From Armatimonadota bacterium (GTDB lineage Bacteria; Armatimonadota; HRBIN16), in contig OY781964.1 of the NCBI GenBank assembly GCA_963677485.1, forward strand, positions 224,001 to 288,000: 64,000 nt of DNA, read 5' to 3'. Under the pieces are notes generated by a model. That model was given only the letters and a program-made list of their open reading frames with translations. It was not told the DNA's origin and did not search any database. Both the position numbers and the translations under genes were made by a program. Shown piece after piece: positions 9,345 to 21,430 of the stretch (the first letter of the stretch is position 1; each line of letters opens with the position of its first letter).

Positions 9345-12300
9345 TAGATAGTATACCAATTCCCCCAGGAAATAGCCCGTCAGGAAAAAAGCCTTCCGGG
9401 CTATCACCTACACGCCGTTAAACAGGCACAGCCTGCCCCATCTCAACCGTCACCTGGTGAACATGCCCGTCATCATGCCGCGTGATCTGCCTGTCAGGAA
9501 CCGCCTCACCATCCAGCATCACAGTCACCACTCCGCTGTTTACTCCGTTTGGGTTCGTGACATGAATTTCGTAGCTGGCACTGAAGTAGCGATATGTCAT
9601 CCGATACTCCTTCCAATCCACTGGGATGCACGGAGTGATCGTGAAGGCATCACCATGAAGCGTTAGCCCCAGCAGCGCCTCTACCGAGACACGGTACATC
9701 CAGGCAGACGAACCTGTGTACCAGCTCCATCCACCGCGTCCGGCATGCGGGTCTACGCTATACACATCGGCGGCCATCACATACGGCTCTACCTTGTATG
9801 TTGCTACATCACGTTCATTCGATGTGTGGTTAATGGGGTTCAACCAGTGCAGCAGCATAGCCGCCAGGTCACCTTGCCCTAGACGAGCCGCAGCTAACGC
9901 TACCCAGACGGCTGCGTGAGTATATTGCCCGCCATTTTCGCGAACACCCGGTAGATACCCCTTGATATATCCAGGCTCCAGTGCCGACCGGTCAAACGGT
10001 GGTGTCAATAATAGTACCAACTGCTTTTCAGGCCGCAGCAGATACTCACCCAACGAGGCCATGGCTTCCCTGGCCCGAGATAGTGGTGCGGTGCCTGATA
10101 TGGCCGACCAAGACTGCGCAAGCGAGTCGATTTGGCACTCTTCATTCAGCGCAGAGCCAAGAGCCTGACCATCATCCATATACGCACGTCGGTACCACCG
10201 ACCGTCCCAACCACTCGTCTCAATCGCGGTGGCCAGCTTTGAGCTCGCTTCATGGTATAGTTGCGAACGGTGATCATCCCCACGCGAGAGGCATATCTCG
10301 GCGAAGCGTGGGAGCACGGTTGTCAGGAACCAGCCAAGCCAGATGCTCTCGCCCTTGCCTTCGCGACCAACCAGACTCATGCCATCGTTCCAGTCGCAAG
10401 AACCGATTAGGGGCAGACCATGTTCACCCAGCAGCTTGATGCTGCGGTCGAGAGAACGGATGCAGTGGTCATAGAGAGTTCCGTGTGACTCAGCCACAGC
10501 CGGGATGTTATAACGGTCATCTTCATGTGCTTCTAGAGGAAGATCAGTCAGATACTGAGCGGACTCATCTAGAATCCCTGTATCACCTATCGTCGAAACA
10601 TAGTCAGCCACCACGTAAGGCAGCCACAGGTAGTCATCGGAACACCTGCTGCGAATGCCTGCACCCAACGGTGGATGCCACCAGTGCTGCACATCACCTT
10701 CCTCATACTGCCGGGCGGCGGCTCGCAATATCTGCTCACGAGTCATATCCGGGTCCGTATAAACTAGCGCCATCACATCCTGTAGCTGATCGCGGAAGCC
10801 ATACGCCCCTCCCGATTGGTAGAAACCCGACCGGGCCCAGAGACGACTGCTGATCGTCTGGTAGAGCAACCATCTGTTGAGCTGTATATCAAGTGAGTGG
10901 TCAGGAGTCTCCACTTGTATGGTGTTGAGCTGGTCATCCCAGTAGTGGCAGACATGCTCCAGGGCCTCTTGAGCCGCTCCCGGTCGCCGGAACCGGTAGA
11001 CCAAGTCACGAACCTGAGTGAGGTCGTCGCCCTCGCCCAGCACGAACAGAACCTCCTTCTCAACCTTTGGGTAAAGAGTGAACTTAATCTGTGATGCTGC
11101 GCACGGATCATACCCCGCTCCGATACGGCCCGACAACGAAACCCGCGACAGGGCAGCCGGTGAACTCATGGAACCATTCCGCCCTATGAACTCAGTCCGG
11201 TCACCGGTCAGCGTGCGATGAGGTTCACCTACCACATCCCAATAGGCGATGCGTGAGGCGTATGTTTCATCCTGGTAGGCATTGCGCGCCGTCATGACGC
11301 CTGTCTCAACATCCACATCGGTCACCATATAAGGTGCGGTGAACTGCCGATCAGTGCCCAGCACCCACTCCACATAACCGGTAGCCGAAAGCGACCGAGC
11401 TCTTACCGTGTCGTTACGCAGCTTCAGCCGGAATATCTTCGCGCGGCAGTCCACCGGCACAAACACGGTCAGCTCCTGCCAGCAGCCGTGACTGTGGTGT
11501 TCAAAAACTGTATACCCCTGGCCGTGACGGATTTGATACGGGCTGTCATCTCTGACTGGTGAAGGGCATGGCGACCAAAACTGACCCGTGTCTTCGTCAC
11601 GAAGGTATATCGCCTCACCCACCGGATCGCTCACTGGGTCGTTTGACCACGGTGAAAGCCGATGGTCATGACTGTTGTCTGTCCAGCTATACCCCGCTCC
11701 AGATTCAGACACCACACTACCAAACCTCGGATTGGCCAATACATTGACCCATGGTGCAGGTGTGGTCTCACCGGCAGCAAGCGTGATGATATACTCGTGT
11801 CCATCACGTGTAAACCCGCCCAAACCATTCGCGAAACTGATTTCGGGATTGGCAAGCGCAACCTCAGGATACACGCGCTTCACAAATGAAGCGCGAAGCT
11901 GCTTCGGCAATGGATAGTCCAGAAGCTGCAGCTCCAGTTGCCTCTGCATCGTGCCTGCTCCTCCGCTGAGGATCACCCGAGCCGCAGCCGACAATGTTAA
12001 GGCCTCTTCATCCCCTAGAACCTCCCGTTGCTTCATAAACACACCACCAGGCCGGTTCTCCATATCGCGGTCATGGCTCTCAACGAACAACTCCCTAATG
12101 CGATCACGCAGAGGCTGTAGATACCCCCCCTGCTGTTCGTTCACAATCACCAGATCGCTGCCCATACCTTTGTATCGCAGATATGCGTGTGCCTGCAGTG
12201 CGTCGCGCACCAGCTCCACTTCATCATCTCGGCTGATCCGCACCAGCATGATGGGCAGATCCCCCGATATCCCCTCCGCCCACAGCCCGGACTGACCACG

Positions 12301-15300
12301 GCGGTTGCGTGCGATGATATTTCCTTGAGTACGCCGGCGTGGACTTGGATACAATAACCGACTGGCAAGGCGTTGTGCCAGATGCGCCTTTTCGGCCGTC
12401 ATCTGCAGGAAGCGCAGCTCAATCTGGCTGTGTGTCCAAGCTAAGGCGAAGGTATGATCGGCATTTGATGTCTGCTCGTAGAACTCCACCAGTTCCATCG
12501 CCTGTTCACGGTCTGTCGCCATGGCTGTGGTGAAGTACACGCTGACCGTTTCGCCGGGTTCGATCCGAATCCGCCGACGTATTGAAAGAATCGGGTCAAG
12601 AACGGCACCCTCGCCGTTGCTGAGCTGGTGATGCCGCTCCATGGCAGCAGGATCGTGAGCATCGCGTCCTCGCCCGATGAATCCCTCACGGCTGGTCTCG
12701 TAGTTCACATAACCGTATGTCTTGCCAGCGAATGCGAAAACATGCACGAGGCATGGAGTGACTTCATTGGGTGTCCGCGGGCGTCTTTTGCATAGTAGCG
12801 CATCTTTTTCCGGTATCTTTTCGGTCTGCACGAATAGTTTGCTAAATGCGGGATGAGCGAGATCCGCCATGAACGGTGCCAGGACGACCTCGCAATAACT
12901 CGTCAGCTCTAGTCGACGCGTCTGGCTGCCGTGATTCGTGAGCGATACTCGCCGCACTTCTGCATTGTGCTCCGGGCTCACGGTCACATCCATATGAGTT
13001 TCAATACCGCCATCGTGACGTATGTACTCCACTCGGTCTGCCGAAAATGTGACGGAGTAGTCTTCAGGCTGCATGACATGCTCAGCCCGATTCTGCCCCA
13101 ACGGTTTACTTGCCGCTGACCAGATTTTGTCATTCTCCAAGTCGCGGATATAGCAGTAGCTACCCCACGAATCGCGTGTCGGGTCAGCACGCCAGCGCGT
13201 CACGGAGACACCATCGCAACTGCTGTATCCCCCTCCGGCTGCGGTGAGCAGCACCGAATAGTGACCGTTTGACAGGAAGTGCCCTTCTGGCTCCGGGGTG
13301 TCAGGAGTTGTGTAACGGCGGGTGATCGGTGCTTCTATCGGACTGCTGATTCGGCAGGCCACATCGTCAGACTGCGGGTCCTCCGTCAGAACCACGTACC
13401 GAGGCAGCCGCTCCTGCAGCAGCAGCTCCGTCGCACGCACCATGGGTTCGGAATGGAATCTTCGCTGCATGATATTGCGCTGCAGCGCATTGGTTATCGA
13501 CAGTAAGGACATCCCCTGGTGATGAGCCATCTCGCTGCGGATGATAACCGACTTGGTGCCAGACGGCAGCCGCTCAGACGTATAATCAAGCGCTTCATAT
13601 AGTCCATACAGGTTTTCCATCCCTTTTGTAATCAGCCTGCGGATGTTGCGCATGGCGACCCCTGGGTCTACAGCCAGAGCCAGCATAGTGGCGTATGGCG
13701 CCACGACATAGTCAGAAGACAGACCTCGCTTCACACCAAGCCCTGGTGTGCCAAACGCCATATAGCTATAGTTCATATGTATATCGCGGGCGTTGAACCC
13801 TGATTCGGAAACGCCCCAGGGAAGGCCTAACTCAGAACCATAGGCCTGTTGCCGCTTCACAACCGCCACATACGTTTCGTCCAGCAGGCAGCCAGGGTAG
13901 TTTCGCATCAGCAACAGCGGCATCAAGTATTCGAACATCGTGCCGCTCCAGGATAACAATGCCCGCATGTTCCCGACCTGAATAAACTTGCGTCCCAGTA
14001 AAAACCAGTGCTTCTCGGGCACATCGCCCTTGGCAATCGCCACAAAACTGGCCATACGCGCTTCAGAGGCTAGCAGGTCATAATAGGCCGCATCGACCTT
14101 CGTATTATCGACCTGGTATCCTATGTGGAACAGGTTGCGTTTGGGATTGTAGAGCAGCGAAAAGTCCATCTCCTCAACACGCCTGGTCAGCCATTCGGTC
14201 AGCGTTTGACAGCGTTCTCGTATATGAATGACTTCATCATGAAGTGAAGGAGCATCAGGAGCCAGCCCCAGCACCAATGCGAGTGTGGTTTCCGGCACAT
14301 GAAGTATCTCCAGAATGCCTTGCTTCAGTGCGATCAGACTGCCTGCCAGGTTGCCGCTATCCACCGTTGAGATATATCGAGGCTCTAGAACGGCCAAGGT
14401 CTGTGTATCATACCAGTTATACCAGTGACCTGAAATACACGGCAGCTTCTGCATGGTATCCACGGTCCGGCAGATTCTATCCAGCATATCCCTCAAGCTG
14501 AGGAAGCCAAGGTCGTAAGCAGCCAACGCTGACAGTAGATACATGCCCATATTGGTAGGTGAAGTCCTATGGGCAACAGTGCCTTCAAGATGAGAGCTGG
14601 CGGTATCGACATGCTCCTGGTAGTTATCAGGCGGAAGGTCGTTGTCATCAGTCCCCACCATATCCGCAAAAAACTGCCAGGTCTTGCGTGCCAGATCGGT
14701 TAATGACTGGCGGTCCCGCTCACTAAGGGTGATGGACCTTGAAACACTCGGGCGGCTTACCAGCCAGGCTATGACGGGCGAAAACAGCCATAACAGCAGC
14801 AATGGCGCCAGCCATGCGAAAGAGGCTGTGTGATATGCCAGTACAGCCACGATAATCAACCCAGCAGACACCGGGGCCGCCCACATCGAGTATATGTAGT
14901 CCCCTACCCCTTTTCGCAGCCGCTGCTCAGCGCTGGCGGCGGTCTCCCACTCCAATAGTTGCCGTTGCGATGTCAACAGCCGCGCGAGCGTGCTTATTAC
15001 AGCGTTGAGCATCACATACGCCTGATGCGGCAGCAACGTGATGGACAGCATCAGTTGACGAAGCATCACACCAAGGTGCGGGAACAGGCGCCGAAAGGCA
15101 CCATTCATGAAGATAGACCAGTTTGTGCGCAGATCATCCGTCACATATATCATGATAGGAAAGGCCAAGGCTAATAACGCGAAACCCAGCCACAGGCCAT
15201 AGCCACCAGGTAAAACAGTCATACCAGCCGTCAGCATGATAAAAGTAGCAGGGGCGACCAGGCTGCGGCGTAGATTGTCCAGTATTTTCCATCGCGAGAT

Positions 15301-17264
15301 GAGCGTGAGTGGGTTGGCAATACGCTCCCCTGCCGCATTCCGCGGAGAAGTCAATAACCATGGCAGGAGCTGCCAGTCGCCGCGGACCCATCGATGAATT
15401 CGCGAAACAGATGCCAGATAGTGCGCAGGATAACTGTCCACCATCTCGATGTCGGTCACCATACCGGCGCGTACATGGGTACCTTCCAGCAGGTCATGGC
15501 TAAGCACGCTGTTTTCGGGCAGTGTACTGTCCAATATAGTGATAAAGGTATCTACATCGTAGATGCCCTTACCCATGTAGATGCCCTCTTGAAACAGGTC
15601 CTGGTAGATATCCGAGACAGCGGTGGGATAAGGATCGACGCCTGTTTGACCGGCATAGATAGAAGCAAACAGTGACCGGCTGGCGCTCGTGACCCCAATG
15701 GTCACCCGCGGCTGCAGCACACCATATCCTTCGATTACCCGTGTATGCGCTTCGTTCATGATCGCCTGGTTCAACGGATGAGCTAATGTGCCAATCAACC
15801 TCTTCGCAGCATCCCTGGGTAGTTGGGTATCTTCATCTAATGTGATGACGAATCGGGTGCCCTGGATGACCGTCAAGTCACCGACGACAGGAATAAAACT
15901 GGTGTCAGTATTGCCCCTTAACAGGCGATTGAACTCCTCAAGCTTGCCGCGCTTGCGCTCCCAGCCCATCCATGTGCCGGCCACAGGGTTCCAGGTGCGT
16001 TTGCGTTGGAACAGGTAAAACACAGTTTCATCACCCGGATACTTCTCATTCAATGCCCGCACGGCCCGCTGTGCATATTCAAGGTGTTCATTCTCATGCG
16101 GTAAACGCTGCTCTGTGGCGTCGGGGAAGTCACTTAGCAAGGCAAAATGCAGATGGCTCTCCATGTTGGCCAGGTAATACACTTCCATCTGGTTCACTAA
16201 TGACTGCGTACGACGGTCATCTATGAGCATGGTATGTATCACCACCACGCTGCGCAGATCCTGCGGGATGCCTTCTTTTAACTCCAGCTTAGGCAAGCGG
16301 CACGGTGGAACTGACCTCATGACAGACCACCCGATCACGTTGATGGCCAAGTCACTGGCTGGTAGGATCATCAACACAAGAGCCCACCACCAGCCTACCG
16401 GATTAGTAGGAGCAGCTAGATACATCATTAACGCTACGATCACGCCAGTGAAGAGGATGATGGCTGCTGGATACAGTGGCGGAGCGATGTGGTCTACCAT
16501 ACGGCCAACATGGTAGAAAACACCAGATGCACGGCCACGCAGACGCACATTCAACTCTTCACGCCCGCGGTCGATTAAGTAAAATCCGATGTGCTGGCGC
16601 TTAATGGGTAAGTCGCCGCGTGTCATCGCCTCCGTGGCAAGCGTGACTACACAATGAGCCACGTCCATCTCGACATTATGTGTTGCTTTAGCAATCGCCT
16701 CAACAGCATGACGGTACCGGTCTCGCGTGGGGAAGTCCATCTGAACATAGGTGCCACAGGGGTCTTCGCGCAGTATCGCATCCATCCGGCTGACACGTTC
16801 GAAGAAGTCTGTCCAGTCGTATTCGGCGATGAACCGAAGGCTGGTGATACAGTTGCTCACAGATGCCAGGTTCGCAGCCTCATCGCTGTGGGTGATTTGC
16901 TTGATGTCGTCAAAGCTCATGTTTTGAAGAGCTAGCCGTTCGTCCAGCCACTTCCAGAGCGGGGTAGCTTGCGGGCCTTGATCCAGGAACCGCTGCAGCA
17001 AATACACCGAAAACACGGGATCGAGCGTGCCCAACAGACTGTCATGTTCGGCGATGATGGCATCAAGTCGGGTCGGGTCGACACTCGCTTCAGCGAATAG
17101 ATGGTCTGCCCACTCATCGGCCATCGCCCGCCGCTGTTGGCCATACACAATCTGTTGGGTGAGGCGCTGAAGGTTCTGCACCAAAGCGATCTGCATCATT
17201 GTCGGCAAAGCCCAGAGTTCGCCGCTAGAGAGGGTCACTTCCGTCTGGTATCCATTGGTAAATC

Positions 17265-18924
17265 CTAAGGCGGCTTAGCCGCAACCAAAAAAGGAATGAT
17301 TGCATTCGCCACGTAATATACATTCAAACACCCTTTCGTGAGGTTGCCCAGAATGACATCACTTCAAGAACGCTATGCAAAGCAGATAGCTGGGGTATAT
17401 TCATGCTTCGACCGCATAGTTATCACCGGTACAATCCCAGGCTGGTGTCATAGCGACGGAATGGGCATCTATCTTCATCAACGCAACATCAGGCTATTTG
17501 ACTTTCCTAAGGAATTTGCCGAACCTCTACGAGATGAGATCAAAGCCAATGCGGAACGCCTTGCCGTTACCAACAGCATTGAAATTGAGTATATACGCCG
17601 TGCCTCTTCATTTCGAAAAGAAGACCGCATCAAAGAGATCATTAGTAGTCGAGGGTGTCACCCCGGTCTCGTCCACATATTCTCAGTGTTGGAAAAATGT
17701 CCTGCATACACCCCGTGGCACGACAAGATTACCCACAAAACCCGGCTGAATATCAAGGAGACCAAGTGTCTTCATTACTACTTCTATTTCATCGATGCAG
17801 AGTTTGGACTGTGCTATCTACGAGTTCCGACCTGGGTGCCCTTCCGTCTGCAATTCTATTGTAATGGACACAATTATCTCGCGCATTGCCTTCAATCCGA
17901 GGGAGTAGTTTTCACTCCACTGGACAACGCCTTTGTAAAAATCGACGACTTTAGCTGTGCTCAGAGGCTGGCAGACGCTTTTCCTGCTGATAAGCTGCAC
18001 CATGCGCTGGATGCATTTGCCAGAATGTATTGCCCCGTGATACGGCTTGCTGACAATTCATATCATTGGTCGCTAATGCAGGTGGAATATGCTACAGACA
18101 TCGTGTTCAAACGCGCCGAAGACCTCAAAGCCATCTACGATAATCTAGTCAAAACAGCGATACATACGGTAACGCCAGAGTCTATCGCGATGTTTCTTGG
18201 TAAGAAACTTGATGGGCGAACACTCGCTGAGATCGGCACTGACTACAAGTTCGATCGCCGCATACAAGGCACGCGCATCAAACACTACATGGGATGGGCT
18301 TCTATCAAAATGTATGACAAGCAAGGGATAATCTTGCGTATCGAGACGACTGTGAATGACGTCTCTGAATTTAAACACTACCGTGAGGTAGAACATCATG
18401 ATGGGACGACTGAGATTAAATACGCCCCTATGCAAAAGACCATCTACAGCCTTCCTCCATTGAGGGAACTGTTATTATCTGCAAACAACAGATATCTTGA
18501 CTTTCTTTCCGCCCTTGATGACAACAGCGATGGTGAACATCAGATCATCAAAATCGCGACCTCGACCACCCGTGATCATCGCTCGTATCGAGGATTCAAC
18601 CTTTTCCTCAAGAAGGATTTGGAATGTCTCATTGCACTTGCTCGCGGAGAGGGATGCATCAGCGGGATCACAAACCGTATGCTTCAAAAAGCCTTACCGC
18701 AGATGTCCAGCTCTCAGATATCATACTTCATCAAGCGATGCCGAGTATTCCGGCTCGTTAAAAAATGCGGTAAACGCTACAAATACTACCTCACTGCACT
18801 TGGCAAGCGTATCATCATGGCAGCACTTGCTATTCGCCAGATCGTTGTGCCTAACGCTTTGTGTGGTGCGTAATATCAGAATATTCTATACACCGTGTTC
18901 AAAATATGGTTGGTAAGATACTAA
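17265..18924 (+). mobile_element. IS-like element, 1,656 bp plus one CTAA copy, no terminal inverted repeats, hairpin at the left end
   Basis: CTAA at 17265-17268 and 18921-18924; splits the glucan synthase in mid-codon; single ORF. Confidence 0.92.
17353..18873 (+). CDS. Putative transposase of non-DDE type, with Rep_trans-like motifs and a C-terminal winged helix
   Basis: 506 aa filling the element; motifs SCFDRIVITG, CLHYYFYF, QVEYATDIVF, SIKMYDK..LRIETT; basic wHTH-like C-terminus. Confidence 0.8.
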   Translation: MTSLQERYAKQIAGVYSCFDRIVITGTIPGWCHSDGMGIYLHQRNIRLFDFPKEFAEPLRDEIKANAERLAVTNSIEIEYIRRASSFRKEDRIKEIISSRGCHPGLVHIFSVLEKCPAYTPWHDKITHKTRLNIKETKCLHYYFYFIDAEFGLCYLRVPTWVPFRLQFYCNGHNYLAHCLQSEGVVFTPLDNAFVKIDDFSCAQRLADAFPADKLHHALDAFARMYCPVIRLADNSYHWSLMQVEYATDIVFKRAEDLKAIYDNLVKTAIHTVTPESIAMFLGKKLDGRTLAEIGTDYKFDRRIQGTRIKHYMGWASIKMYDKQGIILRIETTVNDVSEFKHYREVEHHDGTTEIKYAPMQKTIYSLPPLRELLLSANNRYLDFLSALDDNSDGEHQIIKIATSTTRDHRSYRGFNLFLKKDLECLIALARGEGCISGITNRMLQKALPQMSSSQISYFIKRCRVFRLVKKCGKRYKYYLTALGKRIIMAALAIRQIVVPNALCGA

Positions 18925-19605
18925 TAATGCCTCTTCGGAGAGCAGACCGTCTGTATGGGCAACCAACTCATACGCGATACCATATATCCGTGGATACCCG
19001 CTTAATGATGTGGTAACGAGCTGAGGGAGTTCCTTATAGAACCCGGAAGGCATATTTTTACGAATATCGCGAACTTGCCCGTGTATGATGTACGCATTAT
19101 CAAGCAGCCATTCCACAGACCGGCTAAGGGGTACACGGTCTCTCACCCAGCTAGTAATGATCTTCTGAGAGGCGTTCAACGCACGGTAGTCGGCTTCAAG
19201 GCGCGCCAGCAATCGGTGCGAGCGACGAGTATGCTTGGTGACGGAATGTGTACGGGCCAACGTTTGAGCGTATGCTTCAAGCTGATTTGGTGGCAGCAGA
19301 ACGTCGCGGATTGGTGTCGATACTGGTTCGATCGCGATTCCGGTACGCAACCAGGCAACATGAGAAGGCTTCATAAATTGTTCATCATAGTCATACTTTC
19401 TGTGAGGCAGTTCGCTTACACACTAAGGGTACCCGTTCCTGCCCTGCTGATATCGTGAAAAAGCTGTCAGTTAGATAATTCATACAGAAATGGTGATGAA
19501 ATACTTACAGAGCGGCTCCATTGAATATTTGCAACCTTTGTATTTGGCTGATACTGACATATTTACTAGTGCTTAGGGTTTGTGTGGGGCAGGATGGAGA
19601 AAATG

Positions 19606-19632
19606 AAAAAACCTCAACCTTTCGGTTGAGGT
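19606..19632 (-). terminator. Rho-independent terminator of tRNA-Met copy 2
   Basis: aacctcaacc-GAAA-ggttgaggtt plus T-run on the minus strand. Confidence 0.85.
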
Positions 19633-19637
19633 TAACA

Positions 19638-19713
19638 TGGGTGCGGGGGAAAGATTCGAACTTACGACCTCCGGGTTATGAGCCCGGCGAGCTGACCACT
19701 GCTCCACCCCGCA
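19638..19713 (-). tRNA. tRNA-Met (CAT), initiator-like, copy 2
   Basis: Identical to 9269..9344. Confidence 0.95.
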
Positions 19714-19718
19714 AAGAT

Positions 19719-19747
19719 AGTATATCAATTCCAACTACACATTGCAA
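19719..19747 (-). promoter_or_regulatory. Sigma70-type promoter of tRNA copy 2
   Basis: TTGCAA-N17-TATACT on the minus strand just upstream of the tRNA; copy 1 keeps TGgTATACT. Confidence 0.7.
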
Positions 19748-19894
19748 GTGTGCCAATTTGGATGCTCGCATCATGGCTGATTGCTGTGATTTCGCTCCTT
19801 GACAAGGCAGTCACACATATATATGTATGTAAGGAGAAAACCTAATCGCCAGTATGAGGCATCACGATGCTAACCAGTGCTCACATAAAACGAG

Positions 19895-19925
19895 GGGCCA
19901 TCGCAGCGCGAAGCTGCGATGGCCC
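19895..19925. terminator. GC-rich hairpin downstream of the sugar kinase operon
   Basis: gggccatcgcagc-gcgaa-gctgcgatggccc. Confidence 0.6.
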
Positions 19926-19948
19926 TGTAATGCACGGTGATCCGTAGC

Positions 19949-21430
19949 CTAAGCCTGCGGTATCAACGCCTTCGTCAGATGCCGGTATTTCGCGGCGCGC
20001 TGCTGATAGATGCCGTGACGGCGCGTATCGGGATCAAACACCCGCCCCCTCTTCACCCACTGAGCGGCCAACGCCGCAGGGTCGGTAAAAACCCCGCTGC
20101 CCAGACCGGCCAGCATGGCTGCTCCCAGCGTGCCCGCTTCGGTGTTCTGAAGCCGCACAAAGGGGATGCCCATGATGTCAGCCTTCAACTGCATCCACAC
20201 GTCGTTGTTGGCCCCACCGCCGTTTGCTACGAACTCGGTGGTGTCCATGCCAGTGTCAAACAGCGGCTGCATGCGTTCGGCAAACCAGAAGGTCTCCCCT
20301 TCCATCACCGCTTTCATGATCTCCTCACGCGTGGAGTTCATCTTCAGTCCGACGATGGCCCCCTCGGCGTCCGGCACGAAATGCGGATATGGCGTGGTAT
20401 CAAAATACGGCAGCACGGTGAGCTCTGTCGGCTCTTCCGGCACCAGTTTGCCAAGCTCAGTGAATACATCCACCCCCTGGGCCGCCAGTTCCGGTGCGAA
20501 GGTATCACGGAACCAGCGCATCAATGCCCCACCCTGGTTATAGATGAATGACACATACAACCCCGGCAGTGTGTGGTGCTCGATGTTCAGCCCAAGCTTC
20601 ATCATCTGACCCATGTCAGGGATGCCCTGATAAGTAGGCGTGATGCACTCGTAGGTGCCGATGCCGGTCACGGAACGTCCGCCAGAGGTGATCCCGGCGC
20701 CCAGGCTGCAGCAGCACTGATCATGTCCGCCCACAACCACCTTCACGCCATGCGGCAGACCCAGTTTGTCCGCCATCTGATCGCTGACCACACCCGCCAC
20801 CGCTCCGCCAGGAAGCGGCTTCGGCAGCAGCTCGCGGGCGATCCCGCTGGCGGACAGCAGCTCATCGCTCCAGTCCTGCTTCACGATGTCAAACAGCAGC
20901 GTGCGGTTGGCGTGGGAATAGCTGGTGGTCGGTTCGCAGCCCAGCATGAACATCACCAGGTCGCCCATCAGCAGGAACTTGTCGGTCTGCTGATACACCT
21001 CAGGGTTGTTATCCTGAAGCCAGCGCATCTTGGGCATCGAATAGTTACTGCCCGGGAAGTTGGGGTTGATGCGGTAGAACGCCTCCAGCCCCATCTTCTC
21101 CACAAGCTGATTGGCATATTCCTCCCCGCGGATATCCGAGGAGAGGATGCATCGGTCGAGTATCTGACGGTCACCGCCGACAGGAGTCACCGCTTCGCCC
21201 ATCGAGCTCACGCAGAGAGCCGTGATGGGGTCTTGCTTCGACTGCGCGGCGACCTCGGAGATCACCTGCCACAGATCGGCCAAAACCACACGGCTATCCA
21301 GCTCTGCCCAGCCGGGCCTGGGAATCGCCGTGGGATACTCCCGCGACGCGGTGGCCAGGCACCGGCCTTCTAGACTGAAGGCCGATGCTTTGCAGCGTGT
21401 GGTCCCGACATCAATGCCCAGCAGGCTCAT
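19949..21430 (-). CDS. FGGY-family carbohydrate kinase (xylulokinase-like)
   Basis: LLGIDVGTT, GGHDQ, GGGA and EAGTLGAAMLAG motifs. Confidence 0.9.
   Translation of the reverse strand: MSLLGIDVGTTRCKASAFSLEGRCLATASREYPTAIPRPGWAELDSRVVLADLWQVISEVAAQSKQDPITALCVSSMGEAVTPVGGDRQILDRCILSSDIRGEEYANQLVEKMGLEAFYRINPNFPGSNYSMPKMRWLQDNNPEVYQQTDKFLLMGDLVMFMLGCEPTTSYSHANRTLLFDIVKQDWSDELLSASGIARELLPKPLPGGAVAGVVSDQMADKLGLPHGVKVVVGGHDQCCCSLGAGITSGGRSVTGIGTYECITPTYQGIPDMGQMMKLGLNIEHHTLPGLYVSFIYNQGGALMRWFRDTFAPELAAQGVDVFTELGKLVPEEPTELTVLPYFDTTPYPHFVPDAEGAIVGLKMNSTREEIMKAVMEGETFWFAERMQPLFDTGMDTTEFVANGGGANNDVWMQLKADIMGIPFVRLQNTEAGTLGAAMLAGLGSGVFTDPAALAAQWVKRGRVFDPDTRRHGIYQQRAAKYRHLTKALIPQA

Larger units (their letters stand above)
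9418..19374 (-). pseudogene. ndvB: Cyclic beta-1,2-glucan synthase (Cgs/NdvB/ChvB; GT84 + GH94-like), interrupted by an IS-like element at 17265-18924
   Basis: WMGWERKRGKL, LSHDLLEG, RWVRGDWQ, SWSGTMFEY, QSGGAYGFRDQLQD and ENGGQYTH motifs. Removing the element rejoins HTDGLLSEEALL-G-FTNGYQ..GELWA in frame (8301 nt, 2766 aa). Confidence 0.93.

Noticed and set aside
17353-18873. MarR-type regulator or group II intron protein
   Set aside because: The wHTH is only the C-terminus, there is no RT (YADD) motif or intron domain V, and the ORF defines a discrete insertion antisense to the host gene.
18886-19374. Independent 162-aa gene
   Set aside because: It is the 5' fragment of the glucan synthase reading a few codons into the inserted element.
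9269-19713. Canonical attL/attR of an integrative element
   Set aside because: Both tRNAs are full length with their own promoter and terminator, and no integrase lies between them; kept only as a duplication finding.
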